The notes beneath the pieces are model-generated. The model was given only the letters and a program-made list of their open reading frames with translations, was not told where the DNA came from and did not search any database. Positions 34,838-45,153 of a stretch of 64,000 nucleotides of DNA are shown one piece after another (the stretch's first letter is position 1; every line of letters starts with the position of its first letter). The position numbers and the translations under genes are program-made. The stretch is from an uncultured Thermoleophilia bacterium (GTDB lineage Bacteria; Actinomycetota; Thermoleophilia; Solirubrobacterales; 70-9), in NCBI GenBank assembly GCA_963841715.1, contig CAWJDP010000001.1, positions 340,045-404,044 of the forward strand, read 5' to 3'.

Positions 34838-35236
34838 ATGCTCGTGCGCAAGCAATCCGATGCGCCGGTCAACGACTGGCACCAGCTCCGAGCGCACATT
34901 CTCATGGACGCGGGCGAGCTCGGGTCCCGGAACATGTCGGTGACCTGGATCGAGGTTCCGCCGGGGGCCTCGGAGGAGATGCGCTCGCACGAGGAAGCCG
35001 AGCAGGTCTACGTGGTGACACGCGGCAACGGGACGATGTCGGCCGCCGGCGACACGCAGGAGCTCTCGGCCGGGGACCTCGTCCTGATCCCGCCCGCGAC
35101 CGATCACTCGATCGCGAACGGGAGCGACGGCGAGTTCGCGTGCGTCTCCGTGCAATCGCCGGGGGTCTCCTCCGACGAGCTGTTCGGGGACGAGGTTGCG
35201 GCGCAGCTCGCGGGATACGACGACGACGAAGCCTAG
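34838..35236 (+). CDS. Cupin-domain protein
   Basis: Cupin core (SHEEAEQVYVVTRGNGTM...LIPPATDHSI). The start may be ATG 34838 or GTG 34799. Confidence 0.75.
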   Translation: MLVRKQSDAPVNDWHQLRAHILMDAGELGSRNMSVTWIEVPPGASEEMRSHEEAEQVYVVTRGNGTMSAAGDTQELSAGDLVLIPPATDHSIANGSDGEFACVSVQSPGVSSDELFGDEVAAQLAGYDDDEA

Positions 35237-35335
35237 GCGCCTGCAAACCCTCGCATCTCGGCGTCCTCGGCCGATCGTCTCGCTCACGTACGTTCTCAGT
35301 GCGCTCGCTTCGCCGATCGGCGTGCGTCCGCCGAC

Positions 35336-35629
35336 ATGCTCGGGTTCGGCGCCCAGGTGCTCTTGGTTCGTCGCCGGGTCGTAGTCCGCGGGCGCGTCCA
35401 GGGAGTCTTCTTTCGCGACTCGACGCGGCGGCGCGCGGCAGAGCGCGGGGTCTCGGGCTGGGTCCGCAACAACGCCGACGGCAGCGTCGAGGCCGTGTTC
35501 GAGGGCGACGAGGAGGCCGTGGAGGCGGCGGTCGCGTTCGCCCGCGACGGGCCGAGGGGGGCGGAGGTGAGCTCGATCGATGTCGTCGCGGAGGAGCCCG
35601 AGGGCCTGAGCGGGTTCGCGATCGCTTGA
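35336..35629 (+). CDS. acyP: Acylphosphatase
   Basis: VRGRVQGVFFRDSTRRRAAERGVSGWVRNNADGSVEAV matches the acylphosphatase signatures. The true start may be a few codons downstream. Confidence 0.85.
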   Translation: MLGFGAQVLLVRRRVVVRGRVQGVFFRDSTRRRAAERGVSGWVRNNADGSVEAVFEGDEEAVEAAVAFARDGPRGAEVSSIDVVAEEPEGLSGFAIA

Positions 35630-35696
35630 CCGACTAGGCGCTGAGCGGTAGCAGCGCGCGCGCCACGCGTGGATCGGGTCCGGCGACGATCGCCGC

Positions 35697-36299
35697 GTGC
35701 CCCAGCTCAGCCGCTCGCAGCTCGCCGTATACGGCGCGATCGCCGTCGTCCTGCTGCTCGTCGGGGCGCGCTGGATCCGTTCCGGAGAGGGCCGCGGGGA
35801 GCCCCAGGGCGGGGTCAGCTTCGCGTCGCGATCCTCCGACGTCACCGGCGGCGAGGGCAGCGACGTCGTCGTCCACGTCGCCGGCGAGGTCAACCACCCC
35901 GGCGTCTACAGGCTGCCCGCGGGCTCGCGGGTGACCGACGGCGTCAGGCGCGCGGGCGGCGCGACGGCGCGCGCGGCCACCGACGGGATCAACCTCGCGG
36001 CGCGGCTCAGCGACGGCCAGCAGGTGATCGTCCCGGCGCGGACGCCCGCTGTGGGCGGCGGGACGGCGACGGCCGGCGCGTCAACGGCTGCGAGCGCGGC
36101 GGCGGACGGCCCGATCAGTCTCGGCAGCGCGACGCTCGAGGAGCTCGACACGATCGACGGGATCGGGCCAGTGACCGCGCAGGACATCCTCGACTACCGC
36201 GACCAGCATGGGGGGATCTCGTCGATCGACGAGCTCAACCGGGTGAGCGGGATCGGCCCGGCGACGATGGAGTCGCTGCGGGCGCGACTTCAGCCCTGA
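35697..36299 (+). CDS. comEA: Competence protein ComEA (DNA receptor)
   Basis: N-terminal TM (AVYGAIAVVLLLVG), SLBB-like segment (VVVHVAGEVNHPGVYRL) and tandem helix-hairpin-helix (LDTIDGIGPVTAQDIL..., LNRVSGIGPATMESL). Confidence 0.9.
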   Translation: MPQLSRSQLAVYGAIAVVLLLVGARWIRSGEGRGEPQGGVSFASRSSDVTGGEGSDVVVHVAGEVNHPGVYRLPAGSRVTDGVRRAGGATARAATDGINLAARLSDGQQVIVPARTPAVGGGTATAGASTAASAAADGPISLGSATLEELDTIDGIGPVTAQDILDYRDQHGGISSIDELNRVSGIGPATMESLRARLQP

Positions 36300-38659
36300 G
36301 CTGCGCCGGGGCGGAGTGGAGGGCGGTCGCGCTCGGCGGGCTCGCCGCCGGGCTCGCGATCGCGCCGGCGCTCGGCGGGCGCCCCGGGATCGGGCTCGCG
36401 GTGCTCGCGCTCGCCGCCGGGCTAGGGCTCGCGCTCGCGCGCCCTTGCGGACGGGGTCGGATCGCGGCGGCGGGATGGGTCGCGCTGGTCGCGGCCGCGG
36501 CCGCGGTCGGCGGGCTGGCGATCGGCTGCGAGCGCCTGGGCGCGATCGATGCCGGCGCGCTCGACGTCCACAGCGACCGTCCGGTCGAGGTCCGCGGCTT
36601 CGTGACCGCGGTTCCACGGCGAACCGAGGGCGAGGTCGAGGTCCGGATCGACACCGCCGACGGCCGCGTCGCGGTCCAGGCCCCCGAGCCCGTGCCCGAG
36701 CTGCCGATCGGCCGCGCGGTGCGCGCGAGCGGGAGGCTCAGCGACCCGCCGCCGTGGGAGGCCGGATACCTGCGGCGGTTCGGGATCGCCGAGGTCCTGC
36801 GGACGAGCCGGATCGAGCTCACGGGCGAAAGGCGCGGCGGCCTCGCGGGCGCGATCGACCGTGTCCGCGATCGCGCCGAGGCTGCGCTCGAGGAGGGGAT
36901 GCCGGGCCCCGAGTCGGCGCTCGCGCGCGGCTTCGTGCTCGGCGAGGACGACCGCATCGACGCGCGGACGCGGACCGACTTCAAGCGCTCCGGGCTCGCG
37001 CACATCCTCGCGGTGTCGGGTCAGAACATCCTCCTGCTGGCGCTGCTCGCGATCCCGGCGCTCGCCGCGCTCGGGCTGCGAATGCGGACGCGGCTGATCT
37101 GCGTTCTGGCGCTGATCGCGATCTACGTCCCCGTCACCGGCGCGGTCCCCTCGATCCAGCGCGCCGCAGTGATGGGCGCCGCCGGGATCATCGCCGGGCT
37201 CGCTGGACGGCCGCGCTCGCGCTGGTACGCGATCCTGCTCGCGGCCGCGGTCACGCTCGGGTTGAACCCCCGAACCAGCGCCGACATCGGCTGGCAGCTG
37301 AGCTTCGCGGCGGTCGTCGGGATCCTGCTCTGGGCAGGTCCGCTGCGCGAAGCGATCCTCGGCGCGACCCGAGCGCGCTCCGGATCGCGGATCCGCGCCG
37401 CCGTCGCCGAGGGGGCGGCGCTGACAATCGCGGCAACGATCGCAACCGCGCCGTTGATGGCGCACGACTTCGAATACGTCTCGGTCGCGTCGCTGCCCGC
37501 GAACCTCGCGGTGATCCCGGCGATCGCGCCGGTGATGTGGCTCGGGATGGCGAGCGCGATCCTCGGCCAAGTCCCGTTCGTCCCGCTCGCGCCGCTGAAC
37601 ACGCTCAACGCGGTCCTGATCGCCTACGTCGCCCAGATCGCGCGCTGGTTCGCGACCCCCGGCTGGGCCGCCGTCGCGGTGAGGCTGTCGAGCCCGCTCG
37701 CGGTCGCCGCCGTGTACGCGGCGATGCTCGCCGCGGGATCGTCGATGACGGCCTCGCTTATCCGCCGCCGCGGCCTCGCGCCGCCGTCATCTCCGCGGGC
37801 AAAGCCACGGGGTCGCCGCGCACGGCTCGCGCCGGCGCTAGCACTGCTCGCGGGGCTGCTCCTGCTGCTCGTCGCGCCGGGGTCACCGCTCGCCGGCGGC
37901 GAGGCCGAGGAGCCGGGCTCTCCGCCCGGGCTCGTGGTCCGCGTGCTCGACATCGGCCAGGGCGACTCGATCCTGCTCCAGCCCGACGACGGCGCCCCCG
38001 TCCTCGTCGACGCCGGCCCGCCCGGCGATGAGATCGCGTCGAAGCTCGACGACGTGGGGGTCGAGCGCCTGGCCGCGATCGCGGTGACACACGATCAGAG
38101 CGACCACGCGGGAGGGGCGCCGGAGGCGCTCGACGCGGTCGACACGAAGAGGTTCGTGTACGCGGAGGCCGGCCGGCGTCTGCTCGGAGCCGCCCGCGCC
38201 GCGGGCGCCGACCTGACCCGCGTCGCCCAGGGCCGCACGATCACCTCCGGGAGCCTGCGCCTCGACGTGCTGTGGCCGCCGCCGGCGCTGCTCGAGCCGC
38301 ACCCGACGCCGGACGAGGAGAACGGCCTCTCGCTCGTGATCCGCGCTCGCTGGCACCGGTTCTCGATCCTGCTCACCGGCGACGCCGAGGCGGAGGAGGT
38401 CCCGATCGACCCCGGGCCGATCGACGTGCTCAAGGTCTCGCACCACGGAAGCGACGACGCCGGTCTCGATGCGCTGCTCGAGCGGATCGCGCCGCGTCTC
38501 GCCGTGATCTCGGTTGGCGCCGGCAATTCGTACGGGCACCCGACGGCGCGCACGCTCGAGACCCTGGCCGAGCACGGGATTCCGGTGATGCGAACCGATC
38601 TCGACGGCAACGTCGAGATCGACGTGCGGCGCAGCGGCTGGAGCGCCCGGTCGGATTGA
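36296..38659 (+). CDS. comEC: DNA internalisation channel ComEC/Rec2 with C-terminal metallo-beta-lactamase domain
   Basis: Polytopic competence domain plus MBL domain (VRVLDIGQGDSILLQ, VTHDQSDHAGG, LLTGDAE, KVSHHGS). High GC3 begins at CTG 36296, which overlaps the comEA TGA (cCTGAg). The first canonical start, GTG 36401, would remove the first hydrophobic span. Confidence 0.85.
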   Translation: MSCAGAEWRAVALGGLAAGLAIAPALGGRPGIGLAVLALAAGLGLALARPCGRGRIAAAGWVALVAAAAAVGGLAIGCERLGAIDAGALDVHSDRPVEVRGFVTAVPRRTEGEVEVRIDTADGRVAVQAPEPVPELPIGRAVRASGRLSDPPPWEAGYLRRFGIAEVLRTSRIELTGERRGGLAGAIDRVRDRAEAALEEGMPGPESALARGFVLGEDDRIDARTRTDFKRSGLAHILAVSGQNILLLALLAIPALAALGLRMRTRLICVLALIAIYVPVTGAVPSIQRAAVMGAAGIIAGLAGRPRSRWYAILLAAAVTLGLNPRTSADIGWQLSFAAVVGILLWAGPLREAILGATRARSGSRIRAAVAEGAALTIAATIATAPLMAHDFEYVSVASLPANLAVIPAIAPVMWLGMASAILGQVPFVPLAPLNTLNAVLIAYVAQIARWFATPGWAAVAVRLSSPLAVAAVYAAMLAAGSSMTASLIRRRGLAPPSSPRAKPRGRRARLAPALALLAGLLLLLVAPGSPLAGGEAEEPGSPPGLVVRVLDIGQGDSILLQPDDGAPVLVDAGPPGDEIASKLDDVGVERLAAIAVTHDQSDHAGGAPEALDAVDTKRFVYAEAGRRLLGAARAAGADLTRVAQGRTITSGSLRLDVLWPPPALLEPHPTPDEENGLSLVIRARWHRFSILLTGDAEAEEVPIDPGPIDVLKVSHHGSDDAGLDALLERIAPRLAVISVGAGNSYGHPTARTLETLAEHGIPVMRTDLDGNVEIDVRRSGWSARSD

Positions 38660-38718
38660 GCCCGTCCGCGGTCGAGTAGGCTGCCGCCGAACTCGAGGAC
38701 TAGGGAAAGGACGATTCG

Positions 38719-38943
38719 ATGAACCGCAAGCGCGCAGCCGCGATCCTGGCTGCAGCCGCGCTCGGCGTCGGGATATCGGCGTGCGGGAACAGCACCACGA
38801 CCGTCGAGCAGGGCGGCGGAGGCGGCGGAGGCGGCGGCACGACAACCGCTAAGCCGACGACGACGACCCCGACGACGACCACCACTTCGAAGCCGCCGAC
38901 GACCAGCGGGGGCGGCAACGGCGGCGGAGGCGTCAACTACTAG
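38719..38943 (+). CDS. Small Gly/Thr/Pro-rich lipoprotein (74 aa)
   Basis: SD ggaaagga is present. The signal peptide has a lipobox (AAAALGVGISAC). The mature part is low complexity: G9, a T/P-rich stretch, then GGGNGGGGVNY. Confidence 0.7.
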   Translation: MNRKRAAAILAAAALGVGISACGNSTTTVEQGGGGGGGGGTTTAKPTTTTPTTTTTSKPPTTSGGGNGGGGVNY

Positions 38944-38958
38944 AGCCTGCGCGGCGGC

Positions 38959-38982
38959 GGCGCGCTCCGGGGAGGGCGCGCC
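38959..38982 (+). terminator. Possible terminator hairpin after the lipoprotein gene
   Basis: ggcgcgc-tccggggagg-gcgcgcc followed by ccgctttcc. Confidence 0.3.
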
Positions 38983-39024
38983 CCGCTTTCCACCGCCTGC
39001 GGGCGGAATAGACTCGATCGACCC

Positions 39025-40011
39025 ATGGCGGATGAGATCAAGCCCGCCTACCTGATCTCGGGCACCGACGAGGGCAAGATCGAAGCCACCCTCGCTCGGC
39101 TGCGGGCGCGGGCCGAGCGCGAGGGCGGCGCGGGCGCGCTCGAGGTGTTCGAGGGGCGCGAGGGTGCGGCGCCCGACGCCGAGGCGCTCGCGTCGGCGGT
39201 GCCGACGATCTCCCTGATCGCCTCGCGCCGCTACCTGCTCGCCGATCGCGTCGAGCGCTGGGGCTCGCGACAGCTCGAGACCGTCACCGCGGCGCTCGAG
39301 GCGCTCGGCCCCGAGACCACGATCGTGCTCGTCGCGCGCGGCAAGCCGCCGGCGAAGCTCGCGAAGGCGGTCAAGGGGGCGGGCGGCGAGACGCTCTCAT
39401 TCGACGCGCCGCGCGGCCGGGAGCTCCCGCGGACGATGGTCGCCGAGGCGAAGGCCCGCGGCTTCGAGCTCGAGCCGCAGGCGGCCCGGGCGCTGGTCGA
39501 GCGGCTCGCGGCCCGCACGCTTCGGCTCGCCAACGAGCTCGACCGGCTGGCCCTGTGGGCGGGGTCGGAGGGGACGGTCACGCTCGACGACCTCGACGCG
39601 ATGGTCGCCGACACCTCCGAGGAGGCGACGTGGGTGCTGTCGGACTCGCTGATCGAGCGCGAGCCCGCCGACGCCGCGATCGCCGCCGAGCGGCTCAGCG
39701 CGCAGGGGGAGAGCGTGTCCGGCCTGATCTATGCGATCGCGAAGCGGCTTCGCGAGGCCCGACGCGCCGCAAGCGCACTCGAGGCCGGAACGCCGCCGAA
39801 GGAGGTCGAGCGCTCGCTCGAGATGCACCCGTACGCGGCCAAGATGCTCGTCCGCCGCCTCCGTGGCGCCTCGGCAGCCGAGATCGAGACGGCGACCGGC
39901 GTGCTCGCCGACCTCGAGGTGTGGTGCCGGGGCGGCTCGGACTACGACGAGGCCGTCGCGCTGACGCTGGCGGTCAGGCAGGCTGCGGGCGCCGGTGCCG
40001 AGGCGGGCTAG
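39025..40011 (+). CDS. holA: DNA polymerase III subunit delta
   Basis: 328 aa with the N-terminal PAYLISGTDE pattern and helical C-terminal domains. Holds the conserved comEC-holA-rpsT position. Confidence 0.85.
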   Translation: MADEIKPAYLISGTDEGKIEATLARLRARAEREGGAGALEVFEGREGAAPDAEALASAVPTISLIASRRYLLADRVERWGSRQLETVTAALEALGPETTIVLVARGKPPAKLAKAVKGAGGETLSFDAPRGRELPRTMVAEAKARGFELEPQAARALVERLAARTLRLANELDRLALWAGSEGTVTLDDLDAMVADTSEEATWVLSDSLIEREPADAAIAAERLSAQGESVSGLIYAIAKRLREARRAASALEAGTPPKEVERSLEMHPYAAKMLVRRLRGASAAEIETATGVLADLEVWCRGGSDYDEAVALTLAVRQAAGAGAEAG

Positions 40012-40277
40012 GAGGCGTTCGCGCCGGCGCGAATCCGGGCTGCGCGGGCCTTCTTGCGCGCCCCGTTGTTCGCGTGCAGCGCGCCCTTCTGCACGGCCTT
40101 GTCGATCCGCGACACAAGCAGCCGGTGCTGCTCGACGATCTCCGCGTCGTCGCCCCCCGACACCGCGGCCTCGAGGCGGCGAAACTGGGTCTTCACGGCG
40201 CTCGTCAGCCGGCGGTTCTCGAACCGCTCACGGTCGGTGCGCAGGATGCGCTTCTTCTGCGATGCGATGTTGGCCAT
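40008..40277 (-). CDS. rpsT: 30S ribosomal protein S20
   Basis: MANIASQKKRILRTDRERFENRRLTSAVKT... is canonical S20. Confidence 0.95.
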   Translation of the reverse strand: MANIASQKKRILRTDRERFENRRLTSAVKTQFRRLEAAVSGGDDAEIVEQHRLLVSRIDKAVQKGALHANNGARKKARAARIRAGANAS

Positions 40278-40378
40278 GCAGGTGGAGGTCCAGATCCCGC
40301 TGCCGGAGCGACCGGGATCGGGGCGGCGCGTGACTATAGCGACTTGATGGTCGCAACCCGATGATTGGCGAGTGAGCG

Positions 40379-42010
40379 GTGGAAGCAGAGACCGGTAGCT
40401 TCGAGGCGATAACGGGCCCCCCGCGGGAGGCGCCGAGAACCGAGCGCGGCGGTCGCCTCGCGCGCTCGACGGCGTTCTTCTCGTTCGCCACGGGACTCTC
40501 GCGGATCGCCGGGCTCGTGCGCGAGATCTTCGCCGCGAGCTACTTCGGGGTCAGGGGGCCGATGTCGGCGTTCACGATCGCGTTCCAGGTCCCGAACCTC
40601 GTCCGCAGCCTGTTCGCCGACCAGGCGATCCAGGCCGCACTCGTGCCCGTGTTCACCGAGCACCTGGAGCGCGGCGAGCGCCGCAAGGCGTTCCGGCTCG
40701 CCTCGACCCTGATCTTCGTCTTCACGCTTTTGATCGGGGCGCTGACCGCGATCTTCATCCTCGCGGCGCCGCTGATCATGCACGTGTTCGCGCCGGGGTT
40801 CTCGGGTCACATCTTCGACCTCACGGTGGCGCTGTCGCGGCTGCTGTTCCCGATCCTGCTCATGCTCGCGGTCTCGGGGCTCGTCGTCGGCGTGCTGCAG
40901 AGCTACGACCGCTTCGCGATGTTCGCGATCGCCCCGTTCTTCTGGAACGTCGCGATCATCGCCGTCATGGTCGGGGCCGCGCCGGCGTTCCCCAAAGGCG
41001 ACGAGATCTACGCTTACGCCGTCGGAGTCCTCGTCGGGACGCTGGTCCAGCTCGCGCTCGTCACCTACGACCTACGCCACACCCCGTTCCGGCTCCAGCT
41101 CGTCTTCAACTGGCGCGGGCCGGACGTCCGCCACGTCGCGATGCTGATGCTGCCGGTGACGATCAGCCTCGGGCTGATCAACTTCAACCTCCTGATCAAC
41201 AGCTTCTTCGGGACGCTCGTCTCCGACCAGGCGCCGGCGGCGATCGACAAGGCGTTCCGGATCTACATGCTCCCGCAGGGGATGTTCTCGGTCGCGGTTG
41301 CGACGGTGATCTTCCCGACCCTGTCGCGGCTCGCCGCGCGGCACGAGTACGAGGACCTGCGCGCGACGATGGCAAACGGGATGCGGCAGATCGTGCTCCT
41401 GCTCGTCCCCGCCGCGGCAGCGATCCTCGTGCTCTCGATCCCGATGATCCGCCTCGTCTACCAGCGCGGCGAGTTCGACGGCCACCAGACCGTGCTCGTC
41501 GCCGAGGCACTGTTCTGGTTCGCCCCGTCGCTGCCGCTGAACGGGCTCTTCCTGCTGTTGACGCGGACGTTCTTCAGCCTCCAGCGCCCGTGGGTGCCGA
41601 GCGCGGTCTCGGGCGTCAACCTCGCGATCACCGCGATCGTCGCGCTGCTGCTGTACAAGCCTTTCGGGGTCGGCGGGATCGTCGCCGCGACCGCGGTCGC
41701 GACCGGCGTCAGCGTTCTCGTGCTCGGGATCGTGCTGCGGCGCCAGCTCGGGCGGATCGAGCTCGGGCGGATGATCTCCAGCGGCATCCGGATCCTGATC
41801 GCGTCGGCGGCGCTGGCGGCGACGGCGTATCTGAGCTGGCACACGCTCGACCAGGCTCTCGGGCGTGCCGTCGTCGGCCAGGCGATCTCGATGCTGGTGG
41901 CGCTCGGGGTCGGGCTTGCCGTCTACATCGTCGCGCTGGTCGGGATGCGGGTTCCGGAGGCATTCCAGATCTGGCGCCTCCTGCGCCGCGGAGGAGAGCG
42001 AGCATCATGA
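40379..42010 (+). CDS. murJ: Lipid II flippase MurJ (MviN)
   Basis: 543 aa with 14 hydrophobic spans and the N-terminal signature SRIAGLVREIFAASYFG. Confidence 0.9.
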   Translation: MEAETGSFEAITGPPREAPRTERGGRLARSTAFFSFATGLSRIAGLVREIFAASYFGVRGPMSAFTIAFQVPNLVRSLFADQAIQAALVPVFTEHLERGERRKAFRLASTLIFVFTLLIGALTAIFILAAPLIMHVFAPGFSGHIFDLTVALSRLLFPILLMLAVSGLVVGVLQSYDRFAMFAIAPFFWNVAIIAVMVGAAPAFPKGDEIYAYAVGVLVGTLVQLALVTYDLRHTPFRLQLVFNWRGPDVRHVAMLMLPVTISLGLINFNLLINSFFGTLVSDQAPAAIDKAFRIYMLPQGMFSVAVATVIFPTLSRLAARHEYEDLRATMANGMRQIVLLLVPAAAAILVLSIPMIRLVYQRGEFDGHQTVLVAEALFWFAPSLPLNGLFLLLTRTFFSLQRPWVPSAVSGVNLAITAIVALLLYKPFGVGGIVAATAVATGVSVLVLGIVLRRQLGRIELGRMISSGIRILIASAALAATAYLSWHTLDQALGRAVVGQAISMLVALGVGLAVYIVALVGMRVPEAFQIWRLLRRGGERAS

Positions 42011-42395
42011 CCCTGAGCAACGTCGACGTCGTGCGTGGCCTCTACGAGTCGTTCAACTCGGGTGCGCCGGCGGGGGAACTGGCGGATCCCGAGATCGAGT
42101 GGGTGAACCCGCCCGACGCCGTCGAGCCGGGAACCCGGCGTGGAACCAGCGGCTGGAACGATGCCGTGCGGAACGTCCACGAGGGCTTCGGGGAGGCCCG
42201 GGTTGAGGTCGAGCGCATGACCGAGTCAGGAGACAAGGTCGCGGTCGAGATCAAGCTGCACATCAAGGGCGAGCGCAGCGGCGTCGAGGGGACGATGCCA
42301 CAGAGCCACCTGTGGACGATCAGGGACGGCAGGGCCGTGCGCTTCGAGTGGTTCACCGACCCCGATCGAGCGCTCGCCATACTTGCGGACCGGCA

Positions 42396-42399
<4 letters not shown>
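42007..42399 (+). CDS. NTF2-like (SnoaL-like) small protein
   Basis: The ATG overlaps the murJ stop. 130 aa with the alpha+beta cone pattern ([13 protein letters not shown]...[18 protein letters not shown]...[16 protein letters not shown]). Confidence 0.6.
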
Positions 42400-44185
<1,786 letters not shown>

Positions 44186-44189
<4 letters not shown>

Positions 44190-44635
44190 GGGTGGTGGCC
44201 GAGCCCGCGGGAGCGCAGCGCGAGAACGTTGAGACCGTGCGCGAGGGGATCGCGGCGTACGTGCGCGCCCCCGACGGCCCGGAACTGCTCGCGTTCCTCG
44301 CCGACGACGTCGAGATCTTCCTCCCCGCGGAGCTGGGGCCGAACTCGGGGACGTTTCGCGGCCACGACGAGTACCTCGAGTGGGTCGCGACCTGGCTCGA
44401 CGCGTGGGATGACTTCACGATCGAGATCGCTGACACCGAGCCGGTGGGCGAGCGCCACGTCATCACGACGGTGCGCCAGACGGCAACCGGTCACGGGAGC
44501 GGCGTGCCGGTCGAGATGACGATGTTCTACATGTTCGAGGTCCGCGAACGTCAGGCCGCGGCACTGCATCTCTACCTCTCGCGCGAGGATGCGCTGAGCG
44601 TCGCCGCGCTGCGCGAGCGCGGTTCGGCTAACTAG
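44186..44635 (+). CDS. NTF2-like (SnoaL-like) small protein, paralogue of 42007..42399
   Basis: The GTG overlaps the lepA stop. It shows the same pattern ([12 protein letters not shown]...[40 protein letters not shown]). Confidence 0.6.
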
Positions 44636-44638
44636 AAT
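44633..44638 (+). promoter_or_regulatory. Possible -10 box (TAGAAT within CTAGAATC) 12 nt before the hadA-like ATG
   Basis: aactagaatcgcgccgctccgATG. No SD is present. Confidence 0.35.
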
Positions 44639-44650
44639 CGCGCCGCTCCG

Positions 44651-45091
44651 ATGACCCCGAGCGCCAATGACATCGTCGGTAAGCACTGGGACCCCGTCGA
44701 CTACGAGGTTGGTCGCGAGAAGATCCGCGAGTACGCGCGCGCGGTCGGGGAGACGAACCCGGTCTATCTCGACCCCGACGCCGCGCGCGAGGCCGGGTTC
44801 CGCAACCTCGTCGCACCGCCGATGTTCTGCGTCGTCTACTCGGCCCCGGCGATGGGCCCCGCGGTGCTCGATCCCGAGCTCGGGATCAATCTCGCGGCGA
44901 TGGTCCACGGAAGCCAGGAGTTCGACTGGGGCGAGCCGGTTTGCGCGGGCGACCTCGTGACGACGACTGCGAAGCTCGCCGCCGTCAACGAGCGACCCGG
45001 GATGACGTTCTACGTCTTCGAGTCGACGTCCACGAACCAGGACGGTGCAGAGACCGTCAGGGGCACGTGGACGAACATCGTTCGCGGCTAA
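44651..45091 (+). CDS. MaoC-like hot-dog protein, N-terminal (HadA/UPF0336-type) subunit
   Basis: 146 aa. IVGKHWDPVDYEVGREKIREYARAVGETNPVYLDPDAAREAGFRNLVAPPMF is typical of FAS-dehydratase-like N-terminal hot-dog proteins. Confidence 0.75.
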   Translation: MTPSANDIVGKHWDPVDYEVGREKIREYARAVGETNPVYLDPDAAREAGFRNLVAPPMFCVVYSAPAMGPAVLDPELGINLAAMVHGSQEFDWGEPVCAGDLVTTTAKLAAVNERPGMTFYVFESTSTNQDGAETVRGTWTNIVRG

Positions 45092-45153
45092 CCGCCCCCG
45101 GACGCGAAGCGGAGGAGGCGGTGACTGATTAGTTCGCTGGCGCCGCGGCCGGC

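Noticed and set aside
35669-38659. 996-aa ORF suggesting a giant ComEC with a 210-aa N-terminal extension.
   Set aside because: The first ~630 nt overlap comEA out of frame and translate to Arg-rich junk. GC3 only becomes coding-like at 36296.
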